From the NCBI GenBank assembly GCA_050084515.1, contig CM114271.1:11904001-11968000 (forward strand): 64,000 nt of DNA. Reading direction: 5' to 3'. A model generated the notes under the pieces. That model was not told where the DNA came from. It saw nothing but the letters and a program-made list of their open reading frames with translations, and did not search any database. The translations under genes were made by a program, and so were the position numbers. Positions 13,352 through 25,760 of the stretch are shown piece after piece. Numbering within the stretch: position 1 is the first letter of the stretch; every line of letters starts with the position of its first letter. This DNA is from Blasia pusilla (taxonomy: Eukaryota).

Positions 13352-14232
13352 CCACTTGAGCGGCTGGTGATCAGTAACAAGGATAAACTATGTGCCAAAC
13401 AAGACACATGACCCAAGTACTCAACATCCTCATGGAGGAACTTACACTTTCCTAGATGCAAATGTAGACCATGAGCTTTCAACCGCTCAAACACAATCTG
13501 CAAATGTATCTGATGCTCCTCCACCGTGTTACTGAACACGAAGATATCATCAATGTAACACCAAAAAAAATCCAACCCTGCTAGGATCCTGTCCATCACT
13601 CTCTGAAACTCGGCAGGTGTATTCTTCAACCCCAAGGGTAAGAATTTCCATTGGTACAAAAAATTCTTGCCATGAGAGTTGACACCCCAAAATGTTGTCT
13701 TGGCCTTGTAACTCTCTCGAATCGGCAACTCATGGTATCCTGCCCGAAGATCCAAAGTACTGAAAATCTTTGCTTGTCCCACCACATCAAAGATCTCCTC
13801 AGGTGTAGGCATGGCATACCTATCGGCCTTGGTCTGCCAATTGATAGGACGGTAATCTCCACACATCCGCCTATCCGTGTAGTTGCCATGCACATCCTTT
13901 TTAGCAGACATGACTCTGGCTGATGCATACTCTCCATGTGACAACTCCACTAATCCAGCCTCCAAAAGGTTCAACGTCCTACTGTGAATCAGGTCCCTCT
14001 CCATATCACTATATCCGTAGGGACGATGGAAGATTGGCGTATCACTAGCCAAATCAATCCGTATACCAGGTCCAACCAAAGCACCCAACTCCTTCATGCT
14101 AAAGGCAAAACAAATCCTATAAGCACGTAGGAAGTGTGTCAAGCGTCGTTTCTCACCTCCCGTAAGCTTGGGCCCAAGTAATGGCTCCCAAGTCTCCTCC
14201 ACTGGCACACTAGAGGGAGAAGACAATGCCAT
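13348..14232 (-). pseudogene. Gypsy B reverse transcriptase; most of the connection/RNase H region deleted near 13405
   Basis: MCGDYRPIN, TLDLRAGYH, LKNTPAEFQR, YIDD. YLGH is fused directly to the TDHQP region, and the sequence equivalent to ~7445-7910 of Gypsy A is absent. Confidence 0.92.
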
Positions 14233-15764
14233 TGGCTGTTTTCAACCCCCTCACAAGATGGTACACCCTTAGCTACACCATCATCTGAGCAAATAACTCC
14301 TCCACCAGCATGAGCAACCAACTCCACATGCCCGGCCATTACATCCCATTTACTCCAAGGATGCAAAATACTACTCTCCTCGCCCCCAGCCGATGCCTCT
14401 ACCGTCCTGGTAGCCATCGAGCTCATCACAAGGGGTGGAAGACCCCCAGACATAGTCCAAAGCCGACGCTGCTCGGCCATACCAAGACTCAAAATCCAGG
14501 TCAAACAATTCAGGTCCATGGCTTGACCCAACACATGACGTCGTGAAGCCTCAGAAATTGAAGCAACCGCTATCACACCAGTAGCAAACCCCATCGCACG
14601 CTCTCTCTCATCAGCGTTAGGCTCCACCAACTATCGCACATGAGAATCCCATAAAAGCCCGGGACCACCTTCCCTGTAGGCATGTGACGAGGGAAAACTC
14701 ACAAATGTGGGTAGTGCCATCCTAGGGTGCCCCACACGGTTCACCACTGCCATGGGTGACCGATCAATAACCCTCACCACCTAAGAAAGTCACCCAGTAT
14801 CCAAGATACTATCCACTGTAAGGCAAGGATCCCACTGCATTGCATCATATGCTCGACGTAGAATCTCCCTAGGCAACAAGTTTATCCACCACAAGCGTGG
14901 ATGATGTGCACGTGAGCCAACTTGCGTTGCATCCAACAACACCGCTGGTCCAATCCAAGACCGCACCTCATGAACACTCGCCATCATCCGGGTCCGAGTG
15001 TCACCCAACAATGGAACATTCTCCAGAATGTAAGGTGGAGCACTTGCCTGATGAACCTGAAGATGTCGTAACACACGCAACATCTCCCAAAACAATCGAG
15101 ACCTAGGGTCATGTAATCCCTCACCACGACCAGCACGTGTATGACCTTGACATGGCCATCCTGCAATCACCAAATCCACGGGACCAACCCTCTCAAGGTC
15201 CTGTGCTCCCAACAATGCAATGTGTGACGGAAAATTACGTTGGTACCCACGAATAGCTGATGGTGGCAACAACTCAGGATATCTCCGCATCAACTGACCA
15301 ATATGTCGAGATGAGACTCTCTGGGCCGTCTCATCTCGCTCCACATACCCGTATCTCCGCACATGAATACCGGCCTGCAACACTGTAGCCAAACCAGTGT
15401 TAATCCCACCAAAGAGATCTAACACACAAATGCCCTCCAGCGGATACTGCCATACAATGGGTGTAGTATCCAAAGGGGACAACCCAACTGGACCAGAAGT
15501 AGGAGTCCACCGTGGAGCCTCCTCTTCCTTGTGAGGTATAACAGCCTCATACCAAGCCTCCTGCACTAGGCGGTCAGCCTCCTGCCATAGTGCACCGCTT
15601 GAACTCCAAAGTGGCACATCCAACGATGAGGATACCACTGCTAAAAAACTAGGGATCTCCTCTACCTCCTCATGCACAGGAGAATCCATAGCAGAAAGGT
15701 TACCCTCCAACAAGTCTCCTGGCCAAGTGACTATTCCACTAAAACCAGCCACAAATGCTAACAC
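14139..15764 (-). pseudogene. C5-cytosine DNA methyltransferase domain (DNMT3/Dcm-like) embedded in the Gypsy polyprotein
   Basis: Motif I VLDLFGGI, II YVERD, IV DLVIAGWPCQG (catalytic PC), RSRLFWE, VI ILENV, VIII AHHPRLWW, IX ERERAMGF and X RHVLGQAMDL. In-frame stops near 14790 and 14632. Confidence 0.9.
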
Positions 15765-16192
15765 TGTTGGAGAAGAGGTGCGGTAAGAGGAGAGGAAGAG
15801 AGGAAGAGAGGAGAGAGGAAGAGAAGAGAGAGGAGAGAGGAAACTACCTTCAACTGAAATAGATACTTTTTTTTAAGAGAGTTTCCGTTGGGTTGAAGAG
15901 AGGAAATTTTTTGTTTGAATTTTTTTGCACTTTTTTGTTCATATATTAAGCAGTCCCACAGTTTTTTTTTCCTCTTCCATATTTTGGCAACCCCTCTGAG
16001 TCCGACGAGTTGCAAATTGCACAAAATTTAGAAAACTGAAAAATCAGTGGAATCATAAGTGTGGAACCAATCACTTTTTCCATCCAAGGTTTGGAAAAAA
16101 TCTGTCATTTTCCCAACGCTGAATAGAGTTCAAGCTCAAAGTGAAGGTTGAGAAAAAAATAAAAGTACAATCTAAAACCTCATTTTGCATCC

Positions 16193-19100
16193 TCAAAGTG
16201 GTTTGTTTAAAATACTTCGAACTTCTTTGAGGGACAGAATTGGTTGGTGGATTCCTCCTCCTACCTCCGACTCTCTTAAAACTACCAGCAACACATAGTA
16301 CATATGCTTACAAGGGAAATACCTTTTGCCACTTGTCTCTCTTTGAACAAAGTCATCACATGAACATGTGGGAAAGCAACAGATGTGCACCACATACACC
16401 CCTATGACACTTGAATTTACAGTGTTGTTCCTGACCCAATACATCCTTCCTATTCCATTGCCACTCAAGACATCTTTCGTGGCGATGATCTCCATTTTTG
16501 CCTCCCGAGCTGATGCAATTCTCTTTGCTCTCTCCACCGTTGGCCTGCACATTTTGTTTCTCTTCACCCCATTTCTAGACTCAAACAGAAATAATGGATT
16601 GAGATCATCCACCTTCTCCGGGTACATGTTGACATCAATCTTGGGTTGAATACAAAATGCGAAGGTCTCTGTAATGCGAACATGGTCAAAACTTCCCCCG
16701 TCTACGAGTCTGAAACCGGCACTTGTAAGATTGTCCACTTCGTCTTGAGTGCAGTTTGTACCTGCGGCGATGGGCCAAATTGTGGGGGTATTCCCAGGAG
16801 CTCCAATGGCAGCCGGATAAGACTTCCGGAAAGCGCAAGATTCATTTGGGCAGAAGAAGTACTTCAATTGATCCCCGGTCCTCGTGAAACGATCAAAGGT
16901 TTTGAGTCCCCAAAACCCAGGCGGTGGTCGTCGATCCTTATGCTGATTCTTATTTAGGAAAGTGCCGCATGCTCTCCTAATGCCATCAGATCCTGCCCTG
17001 CAGGTGGATCCACGTCCTGGGTTGCTCTGAGATATATGCCACCATTTTAGGTTGCAATCCACCTCCATTACCAGAATCCCATATTGTTGAACCAACCCAG
17101 TGACAGGATGTTGCGAACTTCCAGCCACGGAGGGCTTTTGAAATAAAACATTCACTAATTTTGGAGAAGTAACTCCATCACAGATTTGGGACGGGTCCGG
17201 GGTCCCCAAATACCTGGGCGGTGTAATTTCCTCATCCAAATCAATCACGGATTTGTTCCTCGATCTTTGCCTCTTCACGCTGAAGTCAAGATACTTATCT
17301 GGTCTCCACGAGTCTCGCTCGGACTGCTCTACCACCATCCGTATGGGACGTCTTGAAACCCGCCCACGAATATCCCCACCAATGTGTACGTCTTGCTCGA
17401 GTGGAGTTCCAGCTACGCACCGGTTGAAGGCTTCCACATACATTTTTTCATCACCAGATCTCACAGCCGTCCTGACATAGAGCTCGTAGATCGACGACCC
17501 CTTTCCTTTTGTTATGCCTTTTGTGAAGAAGATATGGGATGCTGGAGACTGTAGCATTGCTCTTGCCTGGTCTTGTTGGCATGCCTCCACAAGTGAAATT
17601 CATTGGCATGCTTGTGACGACCTCCAGGAGGAATGAACACTTTCTGCTCCACTTGTGTTGGGGCAGAGGGCATTTTCATGAACGTTCAATCCCTGAAACG
17701 ACGGCAATGTTAGAAGGGAACAAAAATAACTCATGAGTCAAAGAAATAAGCAACCTGTCGGAACCACACGGGTTGCAGGCCCGAGGCATCCCATGAACGA
17801 CTCTGCGACCCGACGGAACCCGACGTGTTGTAACCTTAAACCCACCTACTGCAACCCGTCGGAACCCGACGGGTTGCAAGGCGGAGGCATCCGATGAACG
17901 ACTCTGTGACCGGTCGGGTCCCGACGGGTTGCACACTTGGGTTGCACCAAATATCTAGATGCAACCCGTCGGTTTCCGTCGGGTTGCACACTCGGGCAAC
18001 CCGTCGCATCCGACAACTTGCTTGGTTTCTTGGGTTTGAAATCCATATAGTTCCCACGCTTCTCACCCTGAGCTACAACTTTACAAACAATTCTCAGCGT
18101 GAGCTTGACAAGACAAAATAGTGAACTCACCTGCCGCATGAAGTTTCCCCATTGTCTCATACGTCTGATCCACCAACTCAACCAAGAGCACAACTCTTTG
18201 TACTTCCCCTCAATCGCATGCTTCCTCCACCACCCATGAAGTTCTTCCTGGCATTCCATGGCTTTGCTTCAAGGTTTTTTGTCCTTGCGGCGTTGGAGTA
18301 GAGTGACATGCTCTGTCCTCTTATTCACCTTGATGCAAGATTTGGTGTACCGGGTCACAGATTGTTGCCAATGGAAAGCATCCGACCTTTCCCTCTCCGG
18401 TTGAACCTCTCCACCCCATAACACTTCCCGGATTGCAATCCACCCAGGTTGTGCATAGTCCGCCATGAACCCATAAATTTCCGGAGGTGGCCTTTTGTTT
18501 TCCTTCACCACCTCCAATAAGAGTAACCAACACATCTTCAAACTGCCAACGTCTTCTGCCTTTACTTCACAAACAAATATAGTTTTGAGTCCCTTCTCCA
18601 CATGGTCATAAACGTGAGCACCCATCGTCAACCATCCGTTCAGCACTCTGTAGCAAATATCAAAGCTTACCCAGCTCTCGTAAAGATCTTCCCCTTCCCT
18701 CATTCGATCTATAAGATCGAGGCCACTCGACGGACCTGTGGTTGACATTTTGAAGACATAGGCCCTGGATCCCTTGCCTCCTTAGCCCATGAACTGCCAT
18801 CTCTGAATGAATGGAAATCTGGAGTTGGCCTTGATTCTGGTGATGGCATCCATTTCGGCCGTCTTTCCATCCAGAACTCGTATTTGACGCAGCAAATTCC
18901 GGAAGCATTCAGGATCAGCGAGAAATGTGAGATTTTCCCAGAGTTGTTTCTCCTCAACCGCCGTGATCTCGCCCTGTCCAGGGATTCCAAGCAATTGTTC
19001 ACAAATTTGTGATGCCGTTGTGAGCTTGATCACTCCGGGCTTTGAACCCGGAGAGTTTCTGTAGACCTCGGCTACTTTCTTCGCCACATCCTTCTTGATG

Positions 19101-20141
19101 TGTCTTCGAATTGCATCGGTCATAGGATGAGTGTGGGAGCCAACATGAACTGCCAGCCTTGTATACTCTGACGTGGAGCCCAAGTCGTGGACAATGAAAA
19201 ATATGTATGCAGGACACGCTCCAACGCACAAGGGCAATGCTTGACAATGAGGACATCGATGGCCTCCCGGCGGTATGGTGGCACCGACCTCGTATGGAGT
19301 TTCTGCATTCTTGGGAGGGAATTGCGACGTATTGACTCGCCCGTTGCGCTCTAGATACCGGCATGCTGGACTTCTACACTCCAAGGCTCCCACGCATTGG
19401 CGGCGGGAGACAATCCACGGACCATCTGGAATGGAAGCACTGGTCCGTTGAAGCCTGCACCAACGATGACAATCGGACTTTTGTCCATATCCTTCAGCGT
19501 CCTCCATCCTTCTTTTGAGCGGGAGCGGCAAGTGGAGGCAACTCAAAAATGCAATTACCATCAAATGCGTGGGCGGCGACTTGTCGACAAGAATGTGCTT
19601 GAACATTTTCAAGCCGAGACGAAAGCAAACTAATGCCGATACTCGCAAGAGAACAGTAGGCGGACGAGAGGTCCCGATTGGTGTCCGCCAGATCCACGAG
19701 GTTGATAACATCCGAAATCTCTTGGGAAGAACAACATTATTCTGGCGCGTGGAAGTTGGAGTCGGCCGGATCTCGCAGAGCTTGGAGTTGCAAACGTAGA
19801 GCTCGGAGCACTAGGAAATTCTAGACCGTCTACTTGGGAAACAGACGATTTAAGTCGAGGGGCGGGCCGTAAACTCTATATTGACCATTTGCTAGAGGTA
19901 GGAGATTCCATACTTTACGGTCTAAGGTCCTTTGGCTGGACCGTCTCACCTATTATGTCTTCCGTGCCGTCCACCCTAACATCTTTGGATACAAAGATGG
20001 TTCCAATTGGAGAAGAAATCGAAGCATGAGAAAATTTTCATCCTTTGCTATGAAAGACTCACGAGCTTGGGGTCGAATGATTTCCGATTGAGGAAGGGCC
20101 GCCAGATGACTGCCACAAGTGAGCTTAACATAATTATCCAT
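16193..20141 (-). pseudogene. Transposase: GCM-like zinc/WRKY-fold N-terminus, MULE-type DDE core, C-terminal SWIM finger; one intron (17693-18130)
   Basis: C-VGALE-C-x4-C...C-x2-C...C...HVGSHTHP. WVSFD, FMAD and DAFHWQQ, then after splicing (CAG|GTGAGT...TTTCAG|GGA) PNTSGAESVH. SWIM CSCDDF...PCKH. Contains premature stops and a frameshift. Confidence 0.8.
17750..18020. repeat. Palindrome cluster in the transposase intron
   Basis: About 6 copies, e.g. perfect 13-bp arms TGCAACCCGTCGG-AAC-CCGACGGGTTGCA at 17850-17878. Confidence 0.85.
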
Positions 20142-20192
20142 TCCAAGAGGATTCCAACGGGAGGAGACTGAGAATGAGAATGAGAAATTTTA

Positions 20193-20199
20193 ATTTATA
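20193..20199 (-). promoter_or_regulatory. Putative TATA box of the transposase
   Basis: TATAAAT ~50-85 bp upstream of ATGGATAATTATG, conserved in all three copies (also 51808-51814 and 61704-61710). Confidence 0.5.
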
Positions 20200-20339
20200 G
20201 TGAATAGGAAAATAGATACTCTTGACAGATTTTTACTGACAAGATGAATTCGGTGGGTGACATTGTCTGACACAATGGATCCAATTCTGTAACACATTCA
20301 ATTATGTTGCAATATGTTACCGGATTTGGGAAGCAGAGG

Positions 20340-21020
20340 GTTGCGCATCACACTTGGAACCCGTCGGAGTCCTGGTAACTCAAAACTTACCCGAAGCTAA
20401 CCAAAGCATGCAACCCGTCGGCTTCGGACGGGTTGCACGCTTTTGCCAAACATTGTCAAAGCGAGCAACCGGTCGCTCTCCGACGAGTTGCTCGGATACC
20501 GCTCCTTCTTGCCTGAAGATGCCAGAGGCGTGCAAACCATTTGTTCCCGACGAGTTCCGCGGGTGCCTCACCTATTTGCCCAAAGACGGCGAGGCGTGCA
20601 ACCCGTCGCCCTCCAACGGGTTGCGCAAGGGCCTCGCCTTGTGGTGCAGCCAGCCGGACTCCGACGACTTGCACGGGAAGCCCGCGTTCTTAACCCTTGA
20701 TGAGGGAAGCGTGCAACCCAACGGTCTCCGACGGATTGCCCAAGATACGTCCCGTTCCCGTCCTAAACACGGCGGAGGCGCGCAACATGTCGGTCTCTGA
20801 CGGGTTGCGCGGGTACCTCGCGTTCTTTTCCGAAGATGACAGAGGCTCAACCCGTCGGTCTCCGACGGGTTGCTCGCCCATGTGGCGACGTACCCACGAT
20901 GGCGGAGGCGCGCAACCTGTCGAACTCCGACGCGTTGCCATTTTTCACGTCCGGACTTCCGTAACCTCCGGCACGTCGCCGTCGAAAGAACGACGGGACC
21001 CAACGGTCAGTCCAACGGCT
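20340..21020. repeat. Palindrome array in the divergent intergenic region of copy 1
   Basis: About 11 degenerate CAACCCGTCGG-N3-CCGACGGGTTG copies at roughly 55-70 bp spacing. Confidence 0.8.
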
Positions 21021-21027
21021 AGAAAAG

Positions 21028-21035
21028 TATAAATA
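21028..21035 (+). promoter_or_regulatory. Putative TATA box of the cargo gene
   Basis: TATAAATA immediately after the palindrome array, ~290 bp upstream of the MTRKK start. Confidence 0.4.
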
Positions 21036-22529
21036 GGGCAGAAATCGCTCATTTCCGGTTTCTCATTTTGCGATCTTCATTCCTCACTCTCCCGCTTTGG
21101 TGAGCCGATCGATCTGAAGGCGTTTCACACGGCGACACATCGCGAGTCGATAGGAGGAATGAGAGCGAGGCAGTTCGATCGAGCAATGAGACAGTTTGGT
21201 GAACGATCGCGGGACGATTCGAGCTACCCATCAAGGCGATTCAAGCTCCCCATCTCGACATCAGTAAGGCGACTGATCAAGGGATTCGTCGTGGACATAG
21301 ATGGAGGCATTTCCGAAAAAAATGACGAGGAAAAAATCACAAGCCAACAAGTCTGGGAGCTTCACTCCGAAGTCCATTAGGACTCCTGCGTCAGCATCTT
21401 TTGGGCCTCGTTCGGCGAATGAAATTAGGCAGTAGGAAATCAAGGAGGGGGAAAGGGAAGCGGAGATGCACAACCAAGTGCTTCTTGCGAGACGTGTTCA
21501 AGAGGCGCTAGATAAACAGAACGCAGAGGCTGAGACGTCGCGTCGCAGGCCTTGAAGAAAAGGATCGCCGACGAAAAGAGAGAAAAGAAGCGTCTGGACG
21601 CGTCGGTGAGGAGGGCAGAATTGGCTAAAGCGAGGAGGGAAAAAGAAATAGCCATTGACGATAGCCTTGCCCGTCCAACCGCAAGTGTTGAGATGCGGGA
21701 AATGTCCCCCATGAAGGCCGGGGACACAATCAACATAGTGGAAACGCGAGAAGTTGAAATCGATGACGACGAGGTCATGAGGACCGCCAGCGTGGAGATG
21801 GTGGACATGGCCGAAGAAACCGGAGAGCGGTCATTCTCGACTCCAAGCCCGGCGGAGGACATCGACCTCTATCGGATCGACGAGTTCCCAGTCGATTTGC
21901 CAACTTCTATCTCAGACAAGTTAGCTGGTCAAGAAACCGACCCCATTTTCGAGCGGGTAAGAGAGGATCTGGGTTTTCTCAATTATGTGAATTGCAATTC
22001 ATTGGGAATTGATGTAGCTTATTCATCTTGTCCCGGTTCGACGGGTGGTAAAGCGGATGGCACTCATGGAGGGCCTGGCGCGCCGAGGATTCCACTCTAC
22101 CGATTGTGGACAATGGAATGCGTCCGTGAAATTCAGATCCGCGAGGACATCGAAAGCTTAAACAATCGGCGGCAACAAAGACATCCACGTCGATGCTTTC
22201 CTCCCTTCTATGTTCAGCCTTACGACGAGCATGGAACCCAAGCTCTGGTTACGGAGGAGGACTTGGAAAAGCTCGACACATTCTGGAGGATGCGAGACCA
22301 GGATTTCAGAAGGCAAGTTAAGGGCACGGAATTCAGTGGATGAGGAATCGCATTTCTTCATCTGGGATGGAAATCAGGAGTTCATGGCGTGGACCAAGTT
22401 TTGGAGGAGCGGCCCAACTCATTGGAGGCACATTTTGCGTGAAGGAGTGGTCCTTCACCCATTCCCTCATCACATGGCGGCGGTGGAGATGGCAATGCAT
22501 GCCATGAACACGTGAGTATCTTTAACACT

Positions 22530-23250
22530 TACGCAACTCGTCGGGGCGGTTGTTGGGATGCTTTAACACTTACGCCTTTCGTCGGACTCCGGCGAGTTGC
22601 TCGATTGATGAATGGGTTAGGTTTGTTTTGCGAAAGCAACTCGTCGGACTCGGCGGGTTGCTTGACTCCATGCTTTTTTGGATGTTTTTTTAAGAATGCA
22701 ACTCGTCGGACTCCAACGAGTTGTTCGATTGACCACAGATTTAATTAGTTTTTGGCCCAAAGCAAACCGTCAAAGTCCGACGGGTTGCTCGACTCGCCGC
22801 CTTGTCAGGATGTTTTTTGAAGAATGCAACTCGTCGGACTCGACGAGTTGTTCGAAATAACTCGAGTTTAGAAGGTTTTTCCCCAAAGCAACCCGTCGAG
22901 TCCGACGGGTTGCTTGCCTCGAAACTATTTTTGGCCGAAATCAACCCGTCAGAGTCCGACGGGTTGCATTCGGAAGTTGGTTCCCCAAATTTTGCGTCAA
23001 ATTGCAAGTTTACATTCAATTGCGCAACCTGTCGGATTCCGACGGGTTGCTATGTTCACGTTAGTATGTTCAGTTGCACAACCCGTCGGAGTCCAACGGG
23101 TTGAAACCAGGCATTAGCAAATCTGAATGCAATCCGTCGGACTCTGACGGGTTGCATCATTTAGCTCGTTGCTAGAATCCGACCTTGAGCTGTGACGACC
23201 CGTCGGAGTCCGACGGGTTGCAGGAACCCATGTAATTTCCTGACGGGTTG
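22530..23250. repeat. Palindrome array in cargo-gene intron 1 (62-64 bp period in part)
   Basis: Units start at 22637, 22699, 22763, 22827 and 22889, with further copies to ~23250. Confidence 0.85.
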
Positions 23251-25394
23251 AGTTTGGATGTGCAGGATTGTATCGGAGGGGAATGTCACCCACCACTGGA
23301 TCTAGGACTGCGATCGGGTGAGGCCCACAATTTCAAGGATACTGGTAATTTTCCCCACGTACCTGCATTCTTACACTGGACGAGGTACCTGAAGACCATC
23401 TGTTGGGCAGCTTTTAGTCGAACGGAATCGGCCGTCTGCTCCTGTAGATCTCGCTTCTTCTTCGCTTGATCCCATTTGTTCCCCTCTACTTCTTCGTCAA
23501 GCTCTGCCTGAGGGAGGACGCAAACCTTGAACATGGTCTTGAATCCTGGGTTTTTGGTTGGCTTGTCCCGGATGTCGTTGAGCCAAACCTCGAAATCTCC
23601 AGAACTTTCAAGGTTTGCTTCATCCGGGATGGGCTCTAATCTTCTGAGCTCCACTTGCAGACCGTCCAACACGGACTTCCTGATAACCCGCAACCCGTCC
23701 CAGAACGACCATTCGCGTAGCCAGTGGGAGATCAATGGATCAGACACACCCGGAGGATGGTGTGTCGCCCTCTTCTGGGCCTCTGAGCCCTCAAGACTGA
23801 TTTTCATCAATCGGATCCTCCTAAACTCGCTTATGCCGGACAACGCAAACCGATGCACGCGATCCAAGGACACTTTCTCCCCAATCCGACCATGCGGATC
23901 TTCATCCCTTTTCCGCTGGCGCTTGATAATCGCCTTCAGCTCCTTGTAGAACTCCGGACCAAGTTCGGGGTTGAGAATGCTGATGTATCGCTGCATCTTG
24001 CTCGCCGTGTATTTTGTTGCTGCAGCTTGGATGAATTTGGCGCGCTCAGACGCAGATACCCTCTCCCTCCGCTCCAGCTCCAGTGCAGCGCTTTTCTTCG
24101 CGGCCTGTATCTTCGACCAACAAAGGATGGTTACGGGTGCATCTTGGGAAATAAACTTATTTGCCCAAGTTTTCTTTTTAATCTGAGCACCCTTTGCAAG
24201 CATCTGATTGACAAGGGCATCGCCCAAGAACCCCCTGTACTCTCCCGGGTGCGTCGTAAGCACCTTCGCCGCCGGATGCAGAGACATTCTCCATGTACGA
24301 TATGGAGATGGGGCAGCACATGTTTGATTGGGAGGTGGAGAATTGCCCCATTTGGCTCGACTTCAACGACCCTGAAGACATCACCAATAAGGATTTACGA
24401 GTGCTTCATGATGCAGTGGCCTCAGGACAAGACGACATCCCCAATTTCGTCCAGCCTGAAGACTTCTTTGGAGGAGATGCAGAGGAGCAGGCCCACAAGA
24501 CAGCTGAGTTGGCTTCCAAGGTCCGCACAGCCAAAGACAAATCCACAGCGGGTCTCAAAGGCAAGGCGAGGGGAGGGAAAAATTCAGAGGCCGAGTCTTC
24601 CCAAAGAGAGGCTGAAGATTCAAGGCCAGAGGCGGAATCGTCGAGCGGCGGGAGAGAGGGTCGGACCAAGTCTCGGCAAAAAAAAAAACCCCACCGAGTG
24701 TGAGGTCATAGAGACCCCGACAAGCCGTCCGCAGACTCGGGAGAAGCGGAAGCGAGAGGTGCCAGGGTTGTCCCAAGGAGAATACAGTCCATCATCCTTG
24801 GGAAGACACATAAAAACAACGACCCAGACAAGCGTCCTCCTTTAGTTCACTCCTTTACTGGATGAGCTGAAGAGCTTCAGTTCTCAAGCGTCGACTCCAG
24901 CCATCGATAAATTGACAACGTTGGGACGGAAGCTCCAACGAAATGGGCACGCTGCCTGGACGGTGAATGGAGTGGTCGAAGAGGTTGCGGTGGATCTCTT
25001 GATCGCTGATCTGCCCTCGGGGTTGCGACTTTGGGGCAAGAATCCGTCGGACGAGGTACTTGAGTGGAATGTGCCACTCTCTTATGACCAGATTGCGCTA
25101 TTGTTCTCCTTTGCAGACGCCAATCTAAGTGACAGGGGCTGCTTCTTGGTGTTGACTGGAGGGAGCGAGGATGAGCTCTTCAACCTCCAGTGCGTCAAGA
25201 GGTCGCTAAAGTGGAGGACGGCGCAATCATGGATCATAAAAAATGAGTACCCACTCCGATCCGCAACGAGTCAGATTCGGATAAGGCTCAATTCCTGTAC
25301 TATAATTTCAATTATATTTTAATGATGTGTATAATGAGTGTTCATCTCCGTCGAGTGATTATAATGAGTGTCAATCTCCATTTTTTTTGTCCGT

Positions 25395-25760
25395 GAGCAA
25401 TCCGTCGGAAGGCGGGGTTCTTGGCTTAGAGCAGCCCATGCTCGGTGAGCAACCGTCGATTTCCGGACGGGTTGCATCTTTCCACATACAGGGAAAACCG
25501 CGGTGTACTTGCAACTGTGGGAACCCGGCGGGTTGCGCTTGCTTTTGGTTTTTCCTGTGTTTCGAAAAAGCCGCAACCCGTCGATAGCGGCGGGTTGCTC
25601 GGCGAGCATGGGCTGCTCTAGGCAAGCAACCCGTCGCCTTCCGACGGGTTGCTCACGGACAAAAACAACGGAGCCCGACGGGTTGTTTTAGTCACGACCA
25701 ACCCGCCGGAAGGCGACGGGTTGGTCGGGACAAAACAACCCGCCGGACTCCGGCTGAGTT
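25395..25760. repeat. Palindrome array in cargo-gene intron 2
   Basis: About 8 copies, e.g. GCAACCCGTCGCCTTCCGACGGGTTGC near 25626. Confidence 0.8.

Noticed and set aside
6900-13950. Single large inverted duplication or foldback element
   Set aside because: The arms are two diverged Gypsy families with different LTR sequences inserted tail-to-tail.
20354-21032. Multiple overlapping ORFs on both strands (also 60474-61196)
   Set aside because: By-products of GC-rich palindromic repeats (recurring NPSDSDGL/QPVGLRRV peptides); frames are not conserved between copies.
23286-24287. Independent 333-aa antisense gene
   Set aside because: It is an inverted exon segment of the cargo gene and is collinear on the sense strand in copy 2.
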